This document shows positions 37,735 through 51,740 of a stretch of DNA of 64,000 bases, piece after piece. This stretch comes from Octopus bimaculoides. Taxonomy: Eukaryota. The notes under the pieces were generated by a model, which ran no database searches, was not told the origin of the DNA, and saw nothing but the letters and a program-made list of their open reading frames with translations. The position numbers were made by a program, and so were the translations under genes. How positions within the stretch are numbered: position 1 is the first letter of the stretch; each line of letters starts with the position of its first letter. Location of the stretch: NCBI RefSeq assembly GCF_001194135.2, contig NC_068982.1, positions 163,801,425 to 163,865,424 on the forward strand. Direction: 5' to 3'.

Positions 37735-39450
37735 TTGGGCGGTGTGGGTTATGGTCTTGTTACCCACATCGTAAATCAGGTAGTTCATGAAGGAGTCATA
37801 CTCAATGATGGCTTTAGCATACCCAGAGTCAACTGCTACATGAGGAAAGGTGATACTTTAGATAGAAATAACTACAGGGGTATCAAATTATTGGATCAGT
37901 TGATGAAAGTTACAGAGAAGGTCATAGCCCAAATAATTAGGGAGAGAGTTAGCCTAGACGAGATGCAGTTTGCTTTTGTGTCATGCAGAAGCACTACTGA
38001 TGCTATATTTCTGGTAAGGCAGCTTCAGGAGAAATATCTAGCCAAAGATCAGTCCTCAGCCCCTTCTTATTCATTATAGTCCTCCAGGCAATAATAGAGG
38101 AATTCAAGACAGACTGCATCTGGGAGCTCCTGTATGCTGATGACCTTGCTCTAATAGCTGAGTCACTGCTAGAACTGGAGATGAAGTTTAGGGTGTGGAA
38201 GCAAGGTCTAAAATCGAAGGGCTTTAGGGTTAACCTAGCCAAAAGCAAAGTTTTAGTAAGTAGGAAGGCTGTCAAATCAACCTTCAGGTAGATGGCCCTG
38301 CTCGATCTGTAGAAAAGGCATGGGTAGAAACTCCATATGATGTACCTGGTGTAAGCTATGGACACATAAAAGGTGCAGCAATATCAAAGGAAGGTTAACC
38401 AGGAAAATAGCTTTTGTGAGTGGCAGATGCTCTGGGGTAATAAACACTGAAGATGTACAGAAAACAGATTCCATCACAGGTCAGGAGGAGAAACTAGAAG
38501 TAGTTAATAGCTTCTGCTACCTAAGTGACCAAGTCTGTAGTGGGGACAGTTGTTCTGAGAGTGTAGCGACTAGAGAAAGAATAGCCTGGGCAAAATTCAG
38601 GCTATTCTGAACTTTGTTCCTACCTCTGCTGGCAACTAAGAGCTCCTACCTCTGTTGGCAACTAAGGGCCTCTCGCTTAAGGAAGACTGTATGATGCATG
38701 TGTACGAACTGCCATGCTACATGGCTGTGAAACATGGGCCATGACTGCTAAGGACATGCGTAGGCTTGAAAGAAATGAAGCTAGTATGATCTGCTGGATG
38801 TGTATGTCAGTGTGCATACATGACAGAGTGTAAGCACCTTGAGAGAAATGTTGGACATTAGAAGCCTCAAATGTAGTGTGCAAGAGAGGCAACTGTGAAA
38901 GGGACCTGTGAAAGGGACCTGTGGAAGAGGTAGACCTAGAAAGACATGGGATGAGGTGGTGAAGCATGACCCTTGAACATTGGGCCTCACAGAGGCAATG
39001 ACAGGAGACCGGTGCCTTTGGAGATATGCTGTGATTGAGAAGACTCAACAACTAAAGCGAGATCGCAGTCATGCATTTCTGGCCCTGTTAAGAATACCCC
39101 TGATGCATTGGGCGAGATGATATGCTTGAGAAGACCAATTGAGTCAAGTAAAACCGATATTGTAGCTGGGGCCAGTTTTCCCTGATTGACTCCCATGCTG
39201 GTGGCATGTAAAAAGCACCATCTGAATGTGGTCAATGCCAAGTCCGCCTGACTGGCTCCCATGCTGGTAGTACATAAAAAGCACCCACTACACTCTTGGA
39301 GTGCTTGGCATTAGGAAGGGCATCCAGCTGTAGAAACTTTGCCAAATCAGATTGGAGCTTGGTGCAGCCACTGGCTCTCCAGACCTCAGTCAAACCGTCC
39401 AGCCCATGCCAGCATGAAAAATGGATGTTAATCGGTGAAGATGATGATGA
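37735..39450 (+). mobile_element. 5'-truncated, internally deleted RTE LINE with (GAT)n tail
   Basis: NYRGIKLL, DEMQFAFVSCRSTTDAIFLVRQLQEKY, ELLYADDLALIAES, Cys/His module, FCYLSD, RIAWAKFR, GRPRKTW, RTE 3' UTR. Confidence 0.95.
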
Positions 39451-40342
39451 TATATATAATTAAATAAGAACATGGATAAAAACTTTGTAGTATGCTATGC
39501 AAAGTTCATCCACAGCTTATTGGCTACATGATGTCCTCATACAGTGGAAATTCTTTCACAACTGGATCCTACTGTCATGACGGTAGAATCTTATAAAGAA
39601 CTTATCTAAACAGTTACCCGAGGAGGCACATCTTATACCTTGCATGGTGGTATTGATAACACAACATTACACCAATGTACTATGAATGTAAAAAGGTGTC
39701 AAAACAATTGTAGTGATTTTAAATAAAGAATGTTGTGCAATCCATTTTCTATCATTTATCTTTTTTACATATATATATTTGTGAAAGAATTTTTTCTATA
39801 TCATATATCCCAGCCATTACCACTATCCACATTTTAACATAGGATTTGTTATGCATGCATGAGTGATTAGGTTTCCTCCAGCACTGTGCATTACCAATCA
39901 TCATTGTCCTCTGTCATTTCCTTCATGAGATGCAAAACTTTAAGAGCATTCTTCACCACTTCATTCCAATTCTTCCTTGGTGTTCTTGCACATAGCATGT
40001 GTCTATGTGTCTATATGCTTACGTGTATACTTATGGATGTATATGTGTGTATGTGTATATATACATACATGCATAAATGCATACATGCATATTTACATAT
40101 ACACACATATATATATGTGTGTGTTTGTGTGTTTGTTTCTGTGTGTATACATATGTATACATGCATGTCTGTGTGTGATATGTGTGTTTTTACATATAAG
40201 TGTGTATACACACACACACATACACACACATGCACGGATATACATAAACACACATACACACACAAACTCTTATATATGAATAAATATGCATCTATAATGT
40301 ACGATACATTATATTATATATACATGCGTGTGCGTGTGTGTG

Positions 40343-40392
<50 letters not shown>

Positions 40393-40414
40393 CATACACA
40401 TATATATATGTCCA

Positions 40415-40465
<51 letters not shown>

Positions 40466-41151
40466 GCATATATACAAATATATATGCATGCAAATATATA
40501 TATATATATATATACATGCATATATATATTATATATGCATGTGTATATACATATATATGTGATTTACATGCATACACACTTGCACAAACACACATACAAC
40601 CGCCCCTCCCACACACACACGTATCCCTGACAGACACTGACGCACATACACAAATACAGTAATTGCATCAAATACTTCATGTTTAGGCTTTACGAATTTA
40701 GGAATTGCATTTTGGTAGCAGCATGTAATTTCCATTAATAACGAGTAGCAGAGAAGAAAATCAGTAATTGGTGTTTTTGGATCTGCTCTAATAAATCTTA
40801 AAAGCATAAGTTTCTGATGGTTTCATGATAATGGGTTATATTTTGGCTTAGCTACCGAAATCTAGCAAATGCAATGAGTCAGTTTTATGTTACATGTTTC
40901 AGTAATTTTCTTATGGAATATTAAATACCAAACTGTCCGACAGCTTATTTCAAATGAATAGTTTCATTCTTAGTTAGAAGTTTTGTGAGTGGATATCTTT
41001 TTAACCTTTCACCAAAGGTTAGTATATAGACAAAGAAAAAGAAGAAAAGAAAATGTTGTTAATAATTAATTGCAACTAACTAAATGCATAACTAAATATA
41101 CTAAATAAATTACTTAAATAACTGTCCTAACTAACTCACACACGCACACAC

Positions 41152-41197
<46 letters not shown>

Positions 41198-41215
41198 CAT
41201 ACATACATACATATA

Positions 41216-41251
<36 letters not shown>

Positions 41252-41306
41252 TGTATGTATATCTATATATAAATATATGTAATACATGCATTCATACATA
41301 TGTACA

Positions 41307-41350
<44 letters not shown>

Positions 41351-41359
41351 CATCTATGT

Positions 41360-43005
41360 CATCATCGTCGTTTAATGTCCGCTTTCCATGCTGGCATGGG
41401 TTGGACGGTTTGACTGAGGACTAGCGAGCCAGAAGGCTGCACCAGGCTCCAATCTGATCTGGCAAAGTTTCTACAGCTGGATGCCCTTCCTAACACCAAC
41501 CACTCCGAGAGTGTAGTGGGTGCTTTTACATGCCACTGGCATGAGGGCCAGTCAGGCAGTGCTAGTAATGACCATACCCAAAAGATGTTTTTTATGTGCC
41601 ATCTGCACGGGAGCCAATCAGGTGGCACTGGTGATGATCATGTTCGAATTTTGTTTTTCATGTGTCACAGGCACATGTGTCACAGGCACATGTGCCAGTA
41701 AGGCAACGCTGGCAACGACCACACTCGAATGCTGCTTTTTACATGCCATAGGCATGGGAGCCAGTTAGCGACCTTGGCAGCGAACACGCTCAGAGGGTGC
41801 TTTTAATGTTCCACTGGCACGAGTTCCAATCAGGCGGTACTGTCATTGGCCATGTCAGTGATTTTGATTTCACTTGCCCCAACAGGTCTTCACAAGCAAA
41901 GTTTACTGTCCAATGAATGAAGGTTACTCATAAGTGGGCTGGTTATACAGGCATAGGCCACGAGTTATGGTCTCACTTGGCTTGTCGGGTCTTCTCAAGC
42001 ACAGCGTATCTCCAAAGGTCTCGGTCACTAGTTATTGCCTCTGTGAGGCCCAATGTTCAAAGGTCATGCTTCACCACCTCATCCCAGGTCTTTCTGGGTT
42101 TACCTCTTCCACAGTTTCCCTCAACTGCTAAGGTGTGACACTTTTTCACACAGCTGTCCTCATCCATACACAACACATGACCATACGAGCACAGTCATCT
42201 CTCTTGCACACCACACCTGATGCTTCTTAGGTCCAACTTTTCTCTCAGGTCACTTACACTCTGTCATGTATGCACACTGACATTACACATCCAGCGGAGC
42301 TTACTGGCTTCATTCCTTGCAAGTTTATGCATGTCCTCAGCAGTCACGACCCATATTTCACTGCCATGTCGCATGGCTGTTTGTACACATGCGTCATACA
42401 GTGTACCTTTTACTCTGAGTGAGAAGCCTTTTGTCACCAGCAGAAGTAGGAGCTCCCTGAACTTTGCCCAGGCTATTCTTATTCTAGCAACTACACTTTC
42501 AGAGCATCCTCCCCAACTACTGACTTGGTCACCTAGGTAACGGAAGCTCTCAACTATTTGTAGTTTTTCTCCCTGGAATGTGACAGACGTTGTTCTCTGC
42601 ACATTTTCAGTGTTTATTGCTCCTGAGCATCTGCCACATAAAAAAATATCTACCCAGTTAACCTTCCTTTGATATTGCTGCACCTCTTATGTGTCCATAG
42701 CCTACACTGGGTACATCTAATGGAGTTTCTACCTGTGCCTTTTCTACAGATTGAGCAGGGCCTCTACCTGAAGAGATTTATGGTTTGTCTGCCCTCCTAC
42801 TTATTAAGATTTTGGTTTTAGCTAGGTTGACCCTAAGGCCCTTCAATTCTAATCCTTGCTTCCACACCTGAAACTTTTCCTCTAGTTCTGATAGTGACTC
42901 AGCAATTAGAGCAGGGTCATCAGCATAGAGGAGCTCCCAGGGGCATCCTGTCTTGAATTCCCCAATAATTGCCCGGAAGGCTATGATGAATAAGAGGGGG
43001 CTGAT
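41360..43005 (-). mobile_element. 5'-truncated RTE LINE
   Basis: SPLLFIIAFRAIIGEFKTGCPWELLYADD, Cys/His module, FRYLGDQV, RIAWAKFRELL, 3' UTR and (CAT)n tail at the left end. Confidence 0.95.
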
Positions 43006-43154
43006 ACAGATATACATACACACACACAACACACATACACACACACATATACATATATATATATGTGCACATATAAATGTGTGTCTGTATATATATATAT
43101 GTGTATGTATATGTAATGTATATATATGTGTGTGTGTGTATATATATATATATA

Positions 43155-43800
43155 TCATCATCATCATCATCATNNNNNNNNNNNNNNNNNNNNNNNNNNN
43201 NNNNNNNNNNNNNNNNNNNNNNNNNNNNNNNNNNNNNNNNNNNNNNNNNNNNNNNNNNNNNNNNNNNNNNNNNNNNNNNNNNNNNNNNNNNNNNNNNNNN
43301 NNNNNNNNNNNNNNNNNNNNNNNNNNNNNNNNNNNNNNNNNNNNNNNNNNNNNNNNNNNNNNNNNNNNNNNNNNNNNNNNNNNNNNNNNNNNNNNNNNNN
43401 NNNNNNNNNNNNNNNNNNNNNNNNNNNNNNNNNNNNNNNNNNNNNNNNNNNNNNNNNNNNNNNNNNNNNNNNNNNNNNNNNNNNNNNNNNNNNNNNNNNN
43501 NNNNNNNNNNNNNNNNNNNNNNNNNNNNNNNNNNNNNNNNNNNNNNNNNNNCTTCTCACGCACAGCCCATTTCCAAAGGTCTCGGTCCGTAGTCATCGCC
43601 TCGGTGAGGCCCAATGTACGAAGGTCTTGCCTCACCACCTCAGCCCAGGTCTTCCTGGGCCTACCTCTTCCACGGGTTCCCTCAACTGTTAGGGTGTGGC
43701 ACTTTTTCACGCAGCTATCCTCCTCCATTCTCACCACATGTCCATACCAGCGCAATCGTCTCTCTTGCACGCCACAACTGATGCTTCTAATGTTCAGCTT
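43155..43800 (-). mobile_element. young RTE 3' fragment (spans a gap) with (ATG)n tail
   Basis: Uninterrupted MQERRLRWYGHVVRMEEDSCVKKCHTLTVEGTRGRGRPRKTWAEVVRQDL; CpGs retained. Confidence 0.9.
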
Positions 43801-45649
43801 TTTCAGCTTTTTCTCTCAAGAGATGATATATTCGAATTTATAGAAGCATTATGAAATCATTAATGTTATTAAATGCAATACATTTCCAGACTAGTTTGAC
43901 ACCCAATTACTAATTGAAAACATAACGACAATTAATCATTTAATAATAATTTTTATGAAAAATCGAACTATCTCTACATCTGTCAGAAACCATAAAAAAT
44001 GTTCAGCTTCCTTATTGAGTGGAAAACGAACACTTTTCAATGGCATTATAGCCACAACATGAAACGATGTATGAAATAGCTGCACAGAGACTAGGTTGAA
44101 TTGTGTAGCTAATATATATAGCAATCTCTCAATCTGTTGCCTTGGAATTATAATGAAACGCATGGGTTTCTTGAATGTGGTGGCTTTCTTGAATTATTTC
44201 TTATGGGAAGGTAATGTGTATATTATATATGTTTAGCAATTGAAGAAGCCTGGTCTCCATGGGTATGGTGAACTAAATATTAATGAACCCTGAAAATTTT
44301 GTCCATCCTAGATATACTCTTAGCAAGACAAAAGAAAATATTGTGCATGATACCCATTGGCAGAAGTCCATTCTGAATCATTTAGTTGTTTCAGTAACAG
44401 ATATCTTTTTATTTTCTTTTTTTTCCCCTGTATAGCAAAGACAAATAATTACCATTACTAAATAATTATCATCACCATTGTTATTAATGATGTTTGAATT
44501 ACTTTATTGAAGCTCTTGTGGTAGTATTTTCTTAAGGCATTTGAAATGATAGAATTTTCTCAAGCAATGCAGTTTTGATTCCCATTTAACATGCATTTCT
44601 CTGGTTGAGTGGGAAAAAAAATGACAATACTCTTTTTAGTGTTTCTCATATTGGTATTCTACTGGTATATGGAGACAGCAAAAGAGGCAATAGCAGTTAT
44701 TAGTGCTGTGGAGCAAGCAACAACATTTATATCAAGAGCATCAGCAGCCATGATTTTTCAATGCTTTTGCAGATTCCCATGACTCTCTGTGGCCATCCAA
44801 TTCCATTATCATGAATTTGAATTGAGAGCTTGTGTCATAGTGAATCTTTCAATAGCTGATTACATAACGATGGACATTACCCCTATGGATTCATTGCAAT
44901 TATTCTCTTGATAGAGCTTGGTTATCCTGACTGTTAACCTTCTAGGATTCCTCTGCCCAGCATCAATCTAAGAAGCACTGATGGCTCAGTTGAGCTCTTC
45001 TGCTACCTCTTCAAAATTCACCATGCTGCAGTCTCATGACTTTACCATATATCTTTGGCAGGGTGACTGAATGAGTGCTATGTCTTGCCAAACGGCAACC
45101 TGTAACTATGTAGGGCACAGTCATTACTCCATGAGGTATTTTCATAATACCCACATACCCAACAATACTGTAAATATATTAGTGACTACAGAAACAGAAA
45201 CTGTAATAACAACATCAGTGCTTAGTGCAATGTAATCATCATCATCAATAACAGCGATAACAATGACAACAGTAGTTATGACAACAATGACAAGAAGAAG
45301 AAGAAGAAGATATTCTCACAAGTAACTGAGAAACATACAAAGATAAAGTTAATTTGATGTTCAAAAGATGAAGCAGTTCATATTCAGAATAGATAATGTT
45401 AATTAATTCATTGTGTTCTCCATAGCATTTTTGAATAATTAAAATCTTGTGCACTTAAAATGTTCTTCACTATTCTCTTTTATATTCACCTTGTAACCTG
45501 AGAGTATGTTCTGACACCTTGTCATCACCATCTTTAGCTTTCTTTCTAGCTGCTCCCATCTACACTTACATAATGCGTGGTAATCATATATCTTCTCTAG
45601 AGAAAGATGTCTGTTTCTGTCCTGTCATAATTTATCCTCTCAACATCTG

Positions 45650-45910
45650 CATAAGGCCACATCCTTCTTTACTACACATTCACTCACTTGAGGGGTCTTG
45701 TCTTGTTAGTTACTTGTTGACCTCATGCTAGTGTCACTAAAAGAGCACCCAGTACATTCAGTAAAGTGGTTGGTATTAAGAAGAGCATCCAACTATAGAA
45801 ACCATTTCAAAATAGACATTGGAACTTGATGCAGTTCTCTGGCTTGTTGGGTGCTATCAAACTGTCCAACTCATTACAGCATACAAGATGGATATTAAAT
45901 TATGATGATA
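45650..45910 (+). mobile_element. decayed RTE-tail-type element
   Basis: GTAAAGTGGTTGGTATTAAGAAGAGCATCCAAC core with ATGATGAT tail. Confidence 0.65.
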
Positions 45911-46529
45911 AGGTATATTTTTTTAATAAGCATGGAATTTTAGCCTTACTAAGAAATGTAAACTAAGTGGTTATACTACAGGTTTTATTTTTCCATGGGA
46001 AGAAAAACAAGTTATCTTGTTAAGTCTTCATCAGATAAAGAATATGAAAAACTAGAAACTGGTCAGCTTAACCACATTATTTTCTGCTGACATAGAAATA
46101 AAGTATGTGGATAAGCACTTTGTTTGCTATTGACAGCAAGGCTAAAATTATTTATTTATTTAAAGATATATCCTATATTTCAAATTATCAAAAAACCCTG
46201 TGTAGTGAACTATGAATGAATGAATTAATCTATGTTGTCAGTGCATGCAGTGTAATGTAAATTAGACAGACTAGAGAAATGATGAATATTCTTTCTCTGG
46301 TGAATATCTATGAAGATTAAAAGCAAGTCAGGTCTTTTTGAACCTACTTTATTTACTTTTTGAGGCTAGGTTAAAATTTTATTTATGAAAAAATGCATAC
46401 CTTATGTTTGAAATTATTTACAGGAAGTGGTAACAAGTAACATAGGATAGTACTTCCTGCTGCCAGTGAAGAAAATAACTATAAAAAAATAAATCAAAGA
46501 TAAGGTAATATGACAAATGATGTTAGATA

Positions 46530-47750
46530 CAAGGTGCATTCCAGAAATTTTGAGACTTTAACTGGAGAGACATTTATTAATTTCAAACATTTGAATCTCC
46601 TTCATAGCAGGAACATCTGACATCAATGCACATGTGGTAGAGCTCCAGCCATTTCCAGAAGGCCCCCATGGAAGTCCTCCAAAGGGACCTTTGTCACAGC
46701 CTCCTTCATCTTCAAAATGACTGCCTCTGAGGTTCTCCTTCAGCTTGGGGAATAACCAAAAGTTGCAGAGAGCAGGACCTGGACTGTAAAGAGGGTGAGG
46801 GGCAGTTTTGATGCCTAAGTCTCTGTCAAGTATTTGGTTACCAGGATGGAATCATGGACTGGTGCATTGTCCTGGTGCTGGTGTCACTGACCATAGTGGA
46901 AGAGCTCTGGCCTTTTACGACAAAATCTCTTCCTAAACTCCCTCAAAATCTTCACAGAGTACTCTTTATTAACAATCTGGCCAGAGGGAACCCAATGGAT
47001 GTAGACAATGCCCTTACTGATAAAAAAGGTGATCATCATGGGCTTCCTTGTGAATTTGTTTTGCCTGACCTTCTTGTGTCTGGGGTAGCCAGGATGCTTC
47101 AATTGGGCAGTCTGTCTTTTAGTCTCTGGATCATAGCACTAAATCCATCTTTTATCACAGGTCACCAGAAACTCAAGTATCCTTGGATTGGAGATAATGT
47201 GCTCAACTATTCCCCTGCTATCACGAACATGTCTTTCTTTCTGTTCATCACCGAGCACCCTGGGAACAAACTTTACACAAATTTCACAAGTGTAGATCTT
47301 CACAAATAATTCTGTGTGCAGTTGCCACACTAATTCCAAACTGTATGCTTATTGTCTTTATAGACACATGATGGTCTTCATCTAGAAAATTGGGAATTTT
47401 CTCAACCAGCTCTGATGTTCTGACGTTCCTCTTCCTCCCACACCTCTCATCATCTCTCACCTCTTCTCTACAGATCTTGAACTTCTTGTGCCAATGAAAA
47501 ACCGATGTTCAGCTCATACAAGTTAATCCATAAGCAGTCTTAAGCATTTCTTAAGTTACTGTAGCGTTTGTGCCAAGTGTAACACAAAACTTTATTGAAT
47601 AGTGAGCTTCCAAATAACCTTCATGTCCCAACTGCTTTCTGCAAACTAGTCAGCTGTGACAAGCAGTGTTTAGTAGGGGTCTGTTCAAAGTGTTGTTGTA
47701 TCTGTCTCCTTCAATCAAAAAGTTACCAAGTCAACTTGTTAAATACCTAG
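46530..47750 (-). mobile_element. decayed mariner, third copy
   Basis: Left TIR-like TACAAGGTGCATTCC; CVKFVPRVLGDEQKERHV (WVP equivalent), LVTCDKRWI, MITFFISKGIVYIHWVPSGQIVNKEY; right end degenerate. Confidence 0.85.
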
Positions 47751-47889
47751 CAATGATACACTAAAATTACAATAATCTAGGGCAGTTACAACTGTCTCTC
47801 CTGTTATACGACAATGAAAGGTGTGTTTAAAGTGCTCATTGGTCTAGGTGAATCACTACTTCTTGAAAGTTGTGGTTTTTAATATAGGA

Positions 47890-48065
47890 ACAAGGCCAGT
47901 AATTCTGAGACGGTAATTATTACTTGACTAATACTCTATTTTATTGACCCTAGAAGAATGAAAGGTAAAGTTGACCTTAGTGGGATTTGAACCCAGGATG
48001 TAAAAACTGGAAGAAACATCATGAAGCATTTTGTCAGGTGGCCTATCAATTCTGCCAGTCCACCA
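47890..48065 (-). mobile_element. Nin-domain-like SINE, decayed
   Basis: GACCCTAGAAGAATGAAAGGTAAAGTTGACC core. Confidence 0.75.
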
Positions 48066-49714
48066 CACTTAATTTTCAATAATGAGCTATTAGTTTGATA
48101 AGATAGTCATCTCTTGTTCCTTCTGGTGTTAATGTCTCAAGCTTTTACTGTTGGAGATGAAAATAGAGCAGAGAGAATCTGCTCATTTGAAGTATAAGAT
48201 CTTATCTTTATTTACAAAATACATATCTGCGGAGCAAATAAGAGAACCTATATATGGTTTATCACCCTGCTAGAAATAAAAGTAAAACTTTCCTGAAATC
48301 ATAGTCTACTGTCATGTAAGTGTACTTATAAATACACAATATCTAACAAAATGAAATATATAAAATGCAATAAGACTATATATATATCGCTTTAAACATC
48401 ACAAAAATAAAGATATTTGTATACACCAGTCTAGAAGTGCTGAAGGTGTACAAAATGATGATAAAAGAAAATAATGTTTTGAAGTAGCAAAATCATTAGT
48501 GTCAGGTAAAGCACTTTATGATATCTGTTGTGACTCTCTGAGTTCAAATACAAGTAAGTTGACTTTTACCTTCATCCCACCCAGGATAAATAAATTTCCC
48601 TCAGATTTCTTCCTACTTTCTTTAGAAAGGAAGAACAGATTAGATAATACAATTTTAGATGAATCAAGTTGGAATAAAAGCATGTGTGGGTCATGTTGAC
48701 TGGAACATCTTTCATTATACGTCTCTGGAACAAGAATGACTTCAGGTTAAAAAGCAACAACTAATAATTAATTTATCAATCTCAAGATGATTATACTCAA
48801 TATTGACCTCATTGATATTTGAGTTTAAGATTAAATAGTCTGAGGTGTTTAATTTCTTTCCTGAATACAAAATCAATCCTTTAAGATCTATAATGAATAT
48901 TTACACAGTCATTTACACCTTTTTTAAAAACACTTGACATTTACATAAAACACTGATCTCCAATGCTCTTCATTGAGTTGAAGAAATAATTTGCTTTGCC
49001 ATGAAACATTTTTCTTTTTTTTCAACAATTTTTATTACATAACATTTTAAGTTGAGTTTATTGTGGACCTTGAAGTAAAACCTTTCCAAGTTTTACAAGT
49101 TTTTAACTGAAAAGTCAACTTCCGTATAGTAGGTTTATAACATATTTAAAAAAAAATTATATTAAAGACACATTGCATTTTAGAAAGTTAAGTCAAGGTT
49201 GAAAATATTCCTGTTTGTCTGATAAATTTCATCTTGCTGATGCTATTAATATCATAACCTTTGTCTTCTTATATTTAGCAGCAGCACTGATACAGTAGAG
49301 AAATAATCAAAAATAAATAATATAAAAAAATGAGAAAACAGTATGACATGATGCTTGCATTGGTTGGTGTAAGTAGTAAATTATTATGTTGAGAATACAA
49401 AACTTAAACAAAATCAGACACGACTGCAAGCTGATAAAAACGCTATCTTATTCAAATAATATATATGTATGTATGTATGTACATATGTATGTACGTACGT
49501 ATGTATTGTATGTATGTATGTATGTATGTATGTATGTATGTATGCGTGCATGCATGTATGTATATGTGTATGTGTGTCTGTATTTCTAAGCATATATATC
49601 TATATTTATATATGTGTGTGTGTTTATATATGTATGTACGTATAAATGTATATATGTATATATATATGTATATATGTATATATGTATGTATATATATATA
49701 TGTATATGTGTACA

Positions 49715-49806
<92 letters not shown>

Positions 49807-50529
49807 TATATATATGTATGTATATGTGTATGTACGTGTGTATGTATATATGACACATATACATATCTCTATATACATCTACATGCATGCACACATACAC
49901 ACATACATACATATGTATGTATATATAGGTGAGCATACATGGATGTATATATATGGTGTTACTTTTGCTTATGCTTTTAAATAAATTGAAGTGATGAATC
50001 TTGCTTCAAAGTGTAGGAACAGAAAAATACATTAACTTTTAATCTTGCATAACGAAAGAACAAATGAAAAGCTCAAGTTAGAAAGAAAAGTGATAAAGAA
50101 AATCCAAAAGAAATCTTAAAGGTAAAAACCATAATAAAACAAGACAAATAATGATGTACAAAAAAGATAAAATGAATGATATGGAATTTTTCATGAAGTT
50201 TCAATATAAAGTACATGTGTGAATCTTTTAACATAAAGCAAATATATGTATGTATGTATGTGTGTGTGTGTATGTATGTGTGTTTGTGTGTGTGTATGCA
50301 AGTATGTATATGTATATATATGTGTGTGTGTGTTTGTGTGGGAAAAATTATACTTCAAATGTACATGTGTATGCATTATCATGTATATATTAATACAATA
50401 TTCTACACACATGTACACACACACGTATACATACATATACACATATATACATACATACTTATGTATGTGCATGCATGCATACATATACATACACACATAC
50501 ATACATACATACATACATACACACATACA

Positions 50530-50564
<35 letters not shown>

Positions 50565-51299
50565 TTATATTTACATACATATATATCAACACAAAGGAAA
50601 AACCGAAATATATTGAGAAGCACCTGGCATTAAAGAAAAGAAAATACCAGTTTGTTAATGAAAGTCAGGTATTATTATGTTAAAGTAACATTAGACTTTG
50701 TATGTTTGAGTTTGCAAGATTACAAAGGATGAAGAAAGTGAAAGTTTTGGGAAAAATTTCTAACATGTTACTTAGAATTTTGTGGCTGGTAGATATGATT
50801 TTAAGAGATTAGAAACTTAGTTTGACATAAGTCTGTCTGTTCAATATAAAACTAAGAACACAACTGCAAGGACATATTCTTTGAGTGTGTAAGTACCTTA
50901 AAGTAGTTGTATCTTGGGTCAGCAACACTTATTTGATTTTCCATTGTTGAGTTATTTTCTTTTGCTTACTTCACATAGCTGTATCAAGTTGACTGTGAGT
51001 GTATGTGTGTTTGTGGGTGTGACAATGAATGAGCCTCTACATGAGATAATAGGGGTGCCTTTGGATGGTTGTTTGGTCTTTCAGAAATAGCAGCCAGGTT
51101 TATTTCAAACCATTCCCTGTACTTATTAGAAAGAAAGAACATATATGATAATGTATTTGGTGGAGGTCATACTGCCATTGAAAACATGCTGGCTATGTTT
51201 CCCTTCAATTTTGTTAACAATGATTTAGATAATTAATCATTAAACAATAGTAATAAATTATCGTATTGGAAATAAAACTGAAGTGAAACATAACCAGTA

Positions 51300-51740
51300 T
51301 CATCATCATCATCATCGTTTAACACCCTCTTTCCATGCTGGCATGGATTGGATGGTTTGACTGGAGATTGGCGAGCTAGAAGGCTGCACCAGGCTCCAAT
51401 CTGATCTGGCAGAGTTTCTACAACTGGATGCCCTTCCTAACGCCAACCACTCCGAGAGTGTAGTGGGTGATTTTATGTGCCACCGGCATGAGGGCCAGTC
51501 AGGCAGCACTGGCAATGGCCATGCTCAAATGGTATTTTTACGTGTCACCTGTACAGGTGCCAGTCCAGCAGCACTGGCAACGCCCTCGCTCGAATGCTGT
51601 TTCTCACGTACCACCAGCACAAGTGCCAGTAAAGCAACGGTGGTATGTCACCTGCACAGGAGCTAGTCCAGCAGCACTGGCAATGCCCTTGCTCGAATGC
51701 TGTTTTTCACATACTACCAGCACAAGTGCCAGTAAGGCGA
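51300..51740 (-). mobile_element. RTE-tail-type element with an internal 103-bp tandem duplication
   Basis: (CAT)n tail, TTTCTACAACTGGATGCCCTTCCTAACGCCAACC core; repeat units start at 51543 and 51646. Confidence 0.85.

Noticed and set aside
43936-44163. ORF containing EAEHFLWFLTDVE, loosely like an RGS-domain motif
   Set aside because: The match is only a few residues, with no splice sites and no other RGS features.
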